From an uncultured Gemmatimonadales bacterium (lineage in GTDB: Bacteria; Gemmatimonadota; Gemmatimonadetes; Gemmatimonadales; GWC2-71-9), in the NCBI GenBank assembly GCA_963842945.1, contig CAWJIM010000012.1, positions 1 through 19,285 of the forward strand: DNA of 19,285 nucleotides. Direction: 5' to 3'. The number at the start of each line of letters is the position of its first letter. Position 1 is the stretch's first letter. Under the pieces are notes generated by a model. That model saw only the letters and a program-made list of their open reading frames with translations. It ran no database searches and was not told the DNA's origin. A program made the position numbers and the translations under genes. Shown here in pieces: positions 9,976-18,304 of this stretch.

Positions 9976-11781
9976 ATGAGACCCGTCGTATGGCTCCTGC
10001 TTGTTGTATCGACCCTGTCACACTCGGCGGCCCAGGCCCAGTCCAAGCCGCTGCAGGGACTCGACGACTACGTCACCAAGAGCATGGCCGACTGGAAAAT
10101 TCCCGGGCTGGCCCTGGCCATCGTGCGGAACGATTCGGTGATCCTGGCCAAAGGCTACGGCGTGCGGACGCTGGGAAAGCCGGACCGGGTGGACGAGCGC
10201 ACAATCTTCGCCATCGGGTCTTCCTCCAAGGCGTTCACCGCTCTCGGCGTCGCGATGCTGGTGGACCAGGGTAAGGTGAAGTGGGACGATCCGGCCACGA
10301 AGTATTTGCCAGGATTTCAGCTCTTCGATCCCTACGTCACCCGCGAGATCACCGTCCGCGACCTCTTGAGCCACCGGAGCGGGCTCTCGCGCGGCGACAT
10401 GCTCTGGTATGGCCAGGAGCTCCCCCGGGATAGCATCCTCTATCACGTCCGCTACCTCAAGCCCACCTGGAGCCTGCGCTCCCACTTCGGCTACCAGAAC
10501 ATCATGTATCTCGCCGCCGGCCAGCTGACCTCCCGGGTCACCGGCAAGACCTGGGACCAGGTGATCCGCGAGCGGATCTTCCAACCGCTCGGCATGACCT
10601 CGAGCAACACCAGCACCAAGGATCTCGAGCGGCTGCCCGACGTCGCCAGTCCCCATGAGGAGATCGAGGACACGGTTCGGATCATCCCCTATCACAACAT
10701 CGACAACATCGGTCCGGCCGGCTCGATCAACTCCAACGCCGTCGATATGGCGCAGTGGGTCCGGTTCCAGCTCGCTCGGGGTAAGGTCGCGGGCAAGCCC
10801 CTGCTGAGCGCGGGGGCGTTCGATGAGATGCACACGCCGCAGACCATCATGCCGCTGGAAGGGCCCTGGAAGCTGATGATGCAGGATGCGCACTTCGGCT
10901 CCTACGGCATGGGCTGGATCCTCCATGACTATCACGGCCGGAAGATCGTGCAGCACGGCGGCAACATCGATGGCATGCATGCGCTGGTGGGATTGATGCC
11001 GGAGGAGAAGACCGGCCTCGTGATCCTGACCAACCTGGGCGGCAACTTTCTCACCTACGCCCTGATGTACCGGGTGTTCGACGCCTTCCTGAAGAATCCG
11101 CCGAAGGATTGGAGCGCCCAGCTGCACAAGGGATTCGAGGAGCTGGTGGCGCAGGGCAAGGCCGAGGAGAAGAAGCGCGAGGCCGCCAGGGTCAAGGGCA
11201 CCTCACCCTCGTTGCCACTGGAGAAATACGCCGGCACCTATGCCGACAGCATGTACGGCGAGGCGTCGGTGAAACAGGACGGTGGAAAGCTGGTGCTGCG
11301 CTACGGCACCATGGTGGGCGACCTGGAGCACTGGCAGCACGACACCTTCCGCTCGATCTGGCGGGAGAGGAGCCAGGGCAAGGGCTTCGTCACCTTCGAT
11401 CTCGACGCCGACAGCAAGGTGGACGAGATGAAGATCGAGGATGTCGCCGAGTTCAAGCGCAAGCCTGAAGTCGTCGACACCACGCCGGCGGTGCAGCTGG
11501 CCCAGAGCGATCTCCCCAAGTACACCGGCGCCTTTGCCGCCTCGGGCATTCCCATCACGGCCGAGGTACAGGTCGTGGGAGGACAGCTCAAGCTGACCGT
11601 GCCGGGACAACCGCCGTACACCCTGGTGCCGGTGAGTGCCACCCGCTTCCGGCTCAGCGGCGGGGACACGCCGGCCGGCTTCTTCCTCGACTACACCATG
11701 GATGGCAGCAAGGTGAAATCGGTCAAGCTGGTTCAGCCCGAGCCGCAGCCGACGTTGACGCTTATGCCCAAGGGAAAGTGA
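9976..11781 (+). CDS. Secreted serine hydrolase (beta-lactamase class C / D-peptidase family) with DUF3471-like C-terminal domain(s)
   Basis: Intact 601-aa ORF with GGAG RBS and a signal peptide ending AAQA. IFAIGSSSKAF (SxxK), FGYQNIMY (YxN), VQHGGNIDG; C-terminal LEKYAGTYADSMYG...LEHWQHDTF and a second KYTGAF-type beta-rich module. Confidence 0.92.
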   Translation: MRPVVWLLLVVSTLSHSAAQAQSKPLQGLDDYVTKSMADWKIPGLALAIVRNDSVILAKGYGVRTLGKPDRVDERTIFAIGSSSKAFTALGVAMLVDQGKVKWDDPATKYLPGFQLFDPYVTREITVRDLLSHRSGLSRGDMLWYGQELPRDSILYHVRYLKPTWSLRSHFGYQNIMYLAAGQLTSRVTGKTWDQVIRERIFQPLGMTSSNTSTKDLERLPDVASPHEEIEDTVRIIPYHNIDNIGPAGSINSNAVDMAQWVRFQLARGKVAGKPLLSAGAFDEMHTPQTIMPLEGPWKLMMQDAHFGSYGMGWILHDYHGRKIVQHGGNIDGMHALVGLMPEEKTGLVILTNLGGNFLTYALMYRVFDAFLKNPPKDWSAQLHKGFEELVAQGKAEEKKREAARVKGTSPSLPLEKYAGTYADSMYGEASVKQDGGKLVLRYGTMVGDLEHWQHDTFRSIWRERSQGKGFVTFDLDADSKVDEMKIEDVAEFKRKPEVVDTTPAVQLAQSDLPKYTGAFAASGIPITAEVQVVGGQLKLTVPGQPPYTLVPVSATRFRLSGGDTPAGFFLDYTMDGSKVKSVKLVQPEPQPTLTLMPKGK

Positions 11782-11818
11782 GGCGGGCGGCAGGCGGTCG
11801 GGCGGTCGGAAGGTCGGA
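11782..11818 (+). repeat. Degenerate ~8-nt tandem repeat (CGGTCGGG/CGGTCGGA type)
   Basis: GGCGGG CGGCAGG CGGTCGGG CGGTCGGA AGGTCGGA directly after the stop codon. It resembles the reverse complement (CGGTAAGG) of the repeat at 18188-18258. Confidence 0.5.
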
Positions 11819-11842
11819 TAGACGTCATCAGAGCGAGCGGAT

Positions 11843-11868
11843 GTCACCCCGAGCGATGCGAGGGGTCC
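11843..11868. repeat. REP-like short palindrome
   Basis: GTCACCCCGAGCGATGCGAGGGGTCC, with ACCCC/GGGGT and inner GC/GC pairing. It resembles the GTCATCCTGAGCGAAGCGAAGGATC-type dispersed repeats (recalled, not searched). Confidence 0.5.
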
Positions 11869-13598
11869 GCTGAGACTTGCCCTAGCTGCTGTGTTCGCAG
11901 CCTTCGCCTGCTCCTCGGCGGTCACGTCCGGATCAGTCGGGGTCGGTCCCCAGTCCAGCTACGACGTCGTCATCAGTGACGGGCGAGTGATCGACGGCAC
12001 CGGCAACGCCTGGTTCTATGGCGACGTCGGCGTGGCGAAAGACCGGATTTCCTGGGTCGGGCCGGCCGGCTCGCTGGCCAAGGCCAAGGCCGGGCAGCGG
12101 ATCGACGCAAAGGGCATGGTGGTCGCGCCCGGGTTCATCGACATCCAGAGCGGCTCCTACGACAACTTCCTCGTGGGCGACGGGCGCTCGCTCAGCAAGG
12201 TGACCCAGGGCGTCACCACCGAGATCATGGGCGAGGCCTACACCCTGGCCCCGTGGAACGACTCGCTGGCTTCCTTCGTGCCTTTCTTCTTCCTCGACGA
12301 AGACACCACCGCCGCCCGGGCCGCGCTCAAGGGCTTCGGGGGACCGCACGGCTTCGGCGACTGGCTCCAGGCCATGGAGCGGCACGGCAACTCGGTCAAC
12401 GTCGGCTCCTTCGTCGGCGCCACCACGCTTCGGACGTACGCGATGGGGCAGGCGGCCGGCGCCGCGAATCCGGCGCAGCTCGACTCGATGCGCGCCATCA
12501 TGCGCGGGGCGATGGAGGACGGCGCGTTCGGGCTCGGCACCGCGCTGATCTATCCGCCGGGCAACTACGCCTCCACCGAGGAGCTGATCGAGGTGGCCAA
12601 GGCGATGTCGCCCTATCACGGGGTCTACATCACCCACATGCGCTCCGAGGCGGACCACTTCCTCGAGGCGATGGACGAGGCGATCCGGATCGGCAAGGAC
12701 GGCGGAGTTCCGGTCGAGATCTACCACCTCAAGGCCGCGGGGAAGCGGAACTGGGGCAAGGCCCGCGAGGCCATCGCCAAGATCGACTCCGCCCGCGCGG
12801 CCGGCCAGGACGTCACGGCCGACATGTATCCCTACACCGCCGGCGGCACCGCGCTGGCCGCGTGTCTCCCGCCCTGGGCCTCGGCGGACGGCAAGCTGCT
12901 GGAGCGGCTGGCTGACCCCGCGACACGAGCGAAGATCAAGGCCGCGGTGCTGGAGGAGCAGTCGGCCGACTGGGAGAATCTCTGCCAGCTGGCCACTCCC
13001 GAGGGCGTCCAGGTGGGCGGCTTCAAGGAGCCGAAGAACAAGAAGTTCGAGGGCAAGCGCCTGGCCGAGATCGCGCGGGCGCGGAACCAGGACTGGGCCG
13101 ACGCGCTGATCGACCTCACCCTGGAGGAGAAGGCCCGCCCCGGCGCCGTGTTCTTTCTGATGTCGGAGGACAACGTCGAGCTGCAGCTGCGCCAGCCGTG
13201 GATCAAGTTCGGCACCGACGCCGGCGGCGCCGATCCGGCGAACACCCACGGCAGCGAGACCCATCCCCGGGCCTACGGCACCTTCCCCAAGATCCTGGGC
13301 CACTACGTGCGCGAGCGCCGGAGTGATGCCGCTGGAGGATGCGGTCCGCAAGATGACGTCGGCGGTCGCCGACCGGCTGTCGCTCCGCGATCGCGGCCTG
13401 GTGCGGGAGGGGATGTACGCCGACATCGTGGTGTTCGATCCGGCCACGGTGATCGACCACGCCACCTACGAGAAGCCGCACCAGCTCTCGACCGGGATCA
13501 GGGACGTGCTGGTGAACGGAGTGCCGGTGGTGCGGGAGGGGAAGCACACCGGCGCCAAGCCGGGGAAAGTGGTGCGGGGGCCGGGATATCATCCGTAG
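11856..13598 (+). CDS. Second D-aminoacylase-like amidohydrolase, probable lipoprotein (start uncertain; frameshift near 13320)
   Basis: LRLALAAVFAAFA-C lipobox, YDVVISDGRVIDGTGNAWFYGDVGV, PGFID, GVTTEIMGE, YITHMRSE, EIYHLK, FGTDA, THPRAYGTFPKILG, then after the shift PLEDAVRKMTS...DRGLVREGMYADIVVFD...VLVNG...GAKPGKVVRGPGYHP-TAG. Confidence 0.9.
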
Positions 13599-13603
13599 CC
13601 CTC

Positions 13604-13632
13604 TTGCGCTGGGAAGAGATTAGTCCTATCGT
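13604..13632 (+). promoter_or_regulatory. Candidate sigma70 promoter for the riboswitch/ThrC-like operon
   Basis: TTGCGC (13604-13609), a 17-nt spacer, then TATCGT (13627-13632), just upstream of the riboswitch aptamer. Confidence 0.6.
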
Positions 13633-13646
13633 AGCGGTACAACTGC

Positions 13647-13702
13647 TCCTTCGTGGTGAGTTGCGGCCTATTGCAGCCACGTTAAACAACTGCTAAAAAG
13701 CC
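13647..13702 (+). ncRNA. SAM-II (SAM-alpha) riboswitch aptamer
   Basis: TCCTTCGTGGTGAGTTGCGGCCTATTGCAGCCACGTTAAACAACTGCTAAAAAGCC matches the SAM-II pattern CGUGGUGA...UUGCAGCCACGUUAAACAA..GCUAAA. P1 is CGTGG (13652-56)/CCACG (13677-81), the pseudoknot is AGTTG (13659-63)/CAACT (13687-91), and the conserved GCUAAA is present. Confidence 0.88.
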
Positions 13703-13707
13703 TCGCG

Positions 13708-13740
13708 TCCCGCGTGTCTTTCTTGGCACCGGGATTTTTT
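13708..13740 (+). terminator. Intrinsic terminator in the leader (likely riboswitch expression platform)
   Basis: TCCCG(C)GTGTC-TTTCTT-GGCACCGGGA forms a 10-bp stem with one bulge and one G-U pair, followed by TTTTTT. It lies ~50 nt before the start codon. Confidence 0.7.
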
Positions 13741-13789
13741 CTTCCGGGCCAACCGGACATCCGGCGATGCGGGCGGAAAGGAAACTCCC

Positions 13790-15081
13790 GTGTCTCCCGT
13801 CGGCGGAATCGCCTTACCTCCCGAGCCTCTCGCTCCCGAGCTCCACCACACTTCGTTCGGACTCCTGCCGCTCGCCTGCGCCCTCTGCGGTGCGGAGTTC
13901 GATGCGGCACCCATCGCGCGTGTGCGAGCACTGCCTCGGTCCATTGGAGCCGGTCTATCCGGACGGCCCTCGTCCCACCCGCGCGACCATCGCCCAGCGC
14001 GACCACTCGCTCTGGCGCTATCGCGAGTTGCTCCCGCTCGACGGAGCGCCGGAGCTCTCGCTCGACAGCGGCTTCACCCCGCTGCTCGAGTCGCCCGCGC
14101 TCGCCCACCGGCTCGGCGTCGCCCGGGTCTGGCTCAAGAACGACGCCGTGTCGCACCCGTCGCTCTCCTTCAAGGACCGGGTGGTGGCCGTCGCCCTCAA
14201 CGCGGCCCGAGCACTCGGCCTGGACACCGTGGGCTGCGCCTCGACCGGCAACCTGGCGAACGCGGTGGCGGCGCAGTCGGCCCGCGCGGGCCTCCCGGCC
14301 TGGATCTTCATCCCCCACGATCTCGAGCCGGCCAAGGTCATCGGCACCGCGGTGTACGGCGCCCGTGTGGTTCGCATCCGCGGCACCTACGACGACGTCA
14401 ACCGGCTCTGCACCCAGGTCGCCGACCGGTTCGGCTGGGGCATCGTCAACGTCAATCTCCGCAGCTACTACGGCGAGGGATCGAAGACCGTGGCGTTCGA
14501 GATCGCGGAGCAGCTGGGCTGGCGTCTGCCGACGGCAGTGATCGCGCCGATGGCAGGCGGCTCACTGGTGACCAAGCTCGGAAGGGCTTCACCGAGTTCC
14601 TCGAGGCCGGGCTGGTGAGCGGGGACGTTCCTCGCCTCTTCGGCGCGCAGGCCGAGGGGTGCGCGCCGATCGTGAGGCTGGTGCGAGCGCGGCGGCGACG
14701 CGATCAGCCGGTGATCCCCGACACCATCGCGCGGTCGCTCGCGATCGGGAATCCGGCCGACGGTCTCTTCGCGGCGCGGGCCATTCGCTAGACCGGCGGC
14801 TGGGCCGCGGCGGTGTCGGATGCGGAGCTCGTCGCGGGGATCCGGCTGCTGGCGGAGACGACCGGCGTGTTCACCGAAACGGCCGGCGGGGTGACCGTGG
14901 CGGCGGCGCGCGCGCTGGCCGAGAGCGGGCACCTAAGGCGGATGACGAAGTGGTGCTCTGCATAACGGGAAATGGACTCAAGACGGTGGATGCCGTGGGC
15001 GACACCATTCGCGACCTGCCGACCATCGCGCCGAGGTTGAGGGAATTGACCGCGCTGGTCGAGCAGACGCACCTAACCTGA
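13790..15081 (+). CDS. thrC: Threonine-synthase-like PLP enzyme (fold type II) with N-terminal Zn ribbon; probably a sulfur-transfer enzyme in methionine synthesis; several indels and one in-frame TAG
   Basis: AAAGGA RBS then GTG. CALC...CEHC zinc ribbon, SLWRYRELLP, GFTPL, HPSLSFKDR (PLP lysine), CASTGNLANAVAA, YYGEGSKTVAFEIAEQLGW, PMAGGSL, GAQAEGCAPI, TIARSLAIGNPADG, TGVFTETAGGVT, VVLCITGNGLKT. Confidence 0.85.
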
Positions 15082-15093
15082 GGAGATCGGACC

Positions 15094-15369
15094 ATGTCAG
15101 TGACATTCAGTCTTCCCACGATTTTGAGCCGGCTGACCGACGGCCAGAGCACGCTGGAGGCGGACGGAGCGACGGTGGGAGAAGTGGTGACCCAGGTGTC
15201 CGACCGGTTTCCCCGGCTGGCGCCGCGGCTCAAGGACGAAAACGGCGGGCCCTATCCCTTCGTCGGCTTCTATCTCAACGACCGGGACACCCGGTTCCTC
15301 GGCGGGTTCGAGGCGCCGGTGACCGAGGGCGACGAGATCACCGTGGTGGTTGCGGTGGCGGGAGGCTAG
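15094..15369 (+). CDS. MoaD/ThiS/CysO-family ubiquitin-like sulfur carrier protein
   Basis: 91 aa with an AGGAG RBS 12 nt after the ThrC-like stop. Beta-grasp pattern LPTILSRLTDG...GATVGEV...YLNDRDTRFLGGFEAPVTEGDEITVVVAVAGG with an exposed C-terminal Gly-Gly. Confidence 0.92.
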   Translation: MSVTFSLPTILSRLTDGQSTLEADGATVGEVVTQVSDRFPRLAPRLKDENGGPYPFVGFYLNDRDTRFLGGFEAPVTEGDEITVVVAVAGG

Positions 15370-15382
15370 GTTAGCCTCTAGC

Positions 15383-16649
15383 ATGACCCTGGACCTCGCC
15401 GTTGCCGGCCGTCTGGCCGTGGCTGCCCTCGCGGGCCTTGCCGTCGGCATCGGCGAGAATGGCGTCCAGCCACGCCCGAGGACCGGAGGCCCGGTTTGCC
15501 GGCGTCCGGACCTTTTTCCTGCTGGGAGTGCTCGGTGGCCTCGGCAGGCTGGCTCATCCAGGGTGGCCTGATGGCACCGGGTGTGCTTCTCCTCGGGAGC
15601 GGCGTCGCTCTGACGGTGGCCGCGTACGTCATGACCGTTCGCCACAGCGAGACGGCGGACGGAACCACCGAGGTCGCCGCCCTGGTGGTCCTGGCCATCG
15701 CTGCCATCTCAACCCTGGGCTATCCGCTAGTCACCGGAGCGCTGACAGCGGTCATGGTTCTCGCCCTGGCGGAGAAGACCCGGATTCACGGAGCGATGGA
15801 GCGGCTGGGAGAGGGGGAGCTTCGAGCGGCGCTCCAGTTCGCGGTCTTGGCGCTGGTCATCCTTCCGGTCCTGCCCGAGGGGCCATACGGGCCTTACGAC
15901 AGCATCAAGCCCCGCGCGATCTGGGTCGTGGTGCTGCTCTTCTCCGCGCTCAACTTCGCCGGATATCTCATCGGCCGCTGGCTCGGCGCCAGCCGGGGAT
16001 ATGCCGTCACCGGACTGCTCGGCGGGCTGGTCTCCTCCACCGCGGTCACCTGGCAGTTCGCCCGCCGGAGCAAGGAGAACCCGGAGCTCGGCCGCGGGCT
16101 CGCGCTCGGCGTCGTGGGGGCCTGTACCGTATTGGCGGTACGGGTCGGACTGGTCGCGACCATCTTGCAGCCTCGGGTGGGACTGGCGCTGATCCCCTAT
16201 CTCGCGCCGGTACTCGTGATTGGAGCAGCCTTTGCCTTTTGCTCTACGCCTCCGCCCTCCCGAGCGTGGCCGCGGCAAGGCCGAAGGCGAGGCGCGGAAC
16301 CCTCTTCGGCTGGGGAACGCGATCCGGCGGCGCGCTCGCCTTCCGAGCCGGTGGTGGTGCTTGCGCTTTCGTGCAGCACCTGTGGGGATCGTCCGGTGTG
16401 CTCGCCTCGGCCGCGTTCGTCGGGCTCACCGACGTGGATGCGCTGACTTACTCGATGACCCGCATGGGTGGTGGGTTCGCGCTCGAGTTGGCCGCCACGG
16501 CGATCGCGATCGGAGTTCTCTCCAACACCGCGCTCAAGCTGGTGTTCTCACTTGCGCTGGGTCGGGGTGAATTTCGCCGGATCGTGGGAGCGGGCCTGGT
16601 AACGCTGGCCGCGGCCAGCGGCCTGGGACTCTGGCTGGGGACTCGGTAG
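15383..16649 (+). CDS. MgtC/SapB-family membrane protein with DUF4010 domain (frameshifted)
   Basis: RLAVAALAGLAVGI, FAGVRTFFLLG, DGTTEVAALVV, ELRAALQFAVLALVILPVLP, IWVVVLLFSALNFAGY, GLLGGLVSSTAVT, GLTDVDALTYSM, SNTALKL. Confidence 0.85.
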
Positions 16650-18093
16650 CGCGGAGCTCTTTTCGTCCTTCCCGGAGTCGCAGGCCAGCCGGTAGTTGCT
16701 GTACTTGGAGTCGTCGGTAACTTCCCGCACCAGATGCGGGCGAAGCCAGTCGGGCACGGTGACCTCGGCCGAAGGAGAATCGAGCTCCACCTCCGCCAGC
16801 ACCAGGTCCCGGTCCTGAAACTCGTCGATCTCCCAGGTCAGCTTGTCATCCTTCACCTTGTGGCGGTGCTTCCGGATCCGCCGTCCTTCGGTCAGGGGCG
16901 CGGCTGGTCGAACAATTCGGCCGGCACCGGCTCCTCCACCTCGAGTCGCGTCATGCCGATCCCTTCCTTAATAGTCCGGAGGAACTCTTCCCTTCCTTCG
17001 GAGCGGACCCGGCGGATTCGCTCGATCAGCTTCTTACCCGGCCGGTAGCCCTGCTCTATCTCCGCAACTCGCGTCGGGCCGGTCGAACGCCGGCAATCCG
17101 TTCAGCAGGAATTTCCGCTCGATCTCCTGATCCCGGCTCGTTTCGCTGCCGATCGCCTGGCCGACCCGGTCCGCTGACTGGAAGAACCCGGCGGACTTGT
17201 CGCCCAGCCAGGAATCCTGTGCTTTGGCAAACGCCTTCGACCCGCGGTCCCGAAGCGCTTTCTCCAGTGCGGAGAGCCCGGGCACCAGCGGCTCTCGTCC
17301 CGGAGATTCGGCGGCAATGTCGATCCGGGTCGCTTCGGCCAGCGCGTCGGCCAGCGTGCCGGTGAACACGTGCACGTCGTGTACGTAACCGGAACTGTCC
17401 TGCAGATCCTTCAATTGGTGAACGATCCCGGGTCCGTCGTCGTAGTTCTCGGCGAACGGCTCCAGCAGGTAGCGCACCCGCTTGGCGGCGATCGGGCCCG
17501 GTGGATCGGCTCCTCGTCGCTGAACTGGTGCACGCCGGAGAGCCGGTCCCGAAGCCGATCGGCCGCGTCGGCGAGCCGTTCGGAGGTCACCCGGGCCATC
17601 GACTGCCGGCGGCGGGAGCCGTCCAGCCGAATCCGGGTCCGAAACGTCTTCAGCTCGTCGTCCAGTCGCTCGGCCATGCCGGCGAAGGTCGCGTCGATCT
17701 TCTTGGTCATCTCGCCCAGGCGCGGCGGCGGTCCTGTTCCAGCCGGCTGATCAGCCAGGCGAGACCGGGCTGTTCGTCCTGGACCAGGTCCTCGCGCTGT
17801 TCATTCAGCCACTCGAGATGGGCCTGCAGGTCGCGACTCTCCCGGGTGGCGTCGGACACTCGCTCGAGTTTACTCAGTGTCCCTTTGCGGACGGTGGAGC
17901 GGATCTCGGGCTCATAGGCCCGGAGCGCGCTTCGGAGCCGCCGGATGGCGACCCGGAAGTCGTGCAGCCCTTCCGGATCGGCGGGGTCGGCCAGCCGGTC
18001 GCGCAGAGCGGCGGCGGCCTTGAGGTGCTCGAGTGCCAGGCGGCGGGCGCCTTCTTTGGCGAGAAGTCGGAGGATATCGGGGGGTAGTTGCAT
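16548..18093 (-). CDS. CHAD domain-CYTH (triphosphate tunnel metalloenzyme) domain fusion protein (frameshifted; exact 3' end uncertain)
   Basis: CHAD segments: DPEGLHDFRVAIRRLRSALRAY, HRAR...KRVRYLLE, LKDLQD...VHDVHV. CYTH segments: QEIERKFLL (ExExK) in the same frame as the second CHAD half, then RIRR, RIRKHRH, WEIDEF, LVLAEVEL, REVTDDSKYSNYRLA. Confidence 0.85.
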
Positions 18094-18172
18094 ACGGCAC
18101 CAACCTGCTGCGGTTCTTGGGAGTGATAACCTCTCCTCCCGCTATCGGCCAGATCTCCAAGCGTAACAACCG

Positions 18173-18258
18173 CCCCCCCCCCCCCCCTACCGCCTTACCG
18201 CCTTACCGCCTTACCGCCTTACCGCCTTACCGCCTTACCGCCTTACCGCCTTACCGCC
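18173..18258. repeat. C15 run followed by an 8-nt tandem repeat (TACCGCCT) x ~9
   Basis: C homopolymer at 18173-18187, eight perfect TACCGCCT units from 18188 plus a 7-nt partial unit ending at 18258, between divergent genes. Confidence 0.95.
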
Positions 18259-18304
18259 GGTATGGCCGCTCGCGAATCGGGGCGTAAGGTTAAGCCTACA
18301 AAGG

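Noticed and set aside
9976..11781. SxxK hydrolases (this one and 1385-3437) or the MBL-fold protein at 18305 as true beta-lactamases
   Set aside because: The serine hydrolases have HGG rather than KTG and carry extra domains typical of peptidase-like members. The MBL has GCGH/GHCTG motifs of a non-lactamase subfamily.
6239..13465. Long opposite-strand ORFs (6239-7555, 8750-9979, 10018-11127, 11933-13465)
   Set aside because: They are shadow frames of well-supported genes, expected in high-GC DNA, with no recognisable motifs.
14789..14791. In-frame TAG in the ThrC-like gene as pyrrolysine or readthrough
   Set aside because: It is one substitution from GAG or CAG at an apparently non-catalytic position in an error-rich gene, and no pyl genes are visible.
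15094..15369. Molybdopterin/thiamine synthesis or a ubiquitin-like conjugation or defence system
   Set aside because: No moaE, thiG, E1/E2 or JAB genes are adjacent. The SAM riboswitch and PLP enzyme favour sulfur amino-acid synthesis.
18188..18258. Tandem repeat as a CRISPR array or a PPYRLTAL peptide gene
   Set aside because: The 8-nt units have no spacers and there are no cas genes. The 18033-18287 ORF is just the translated repeat.
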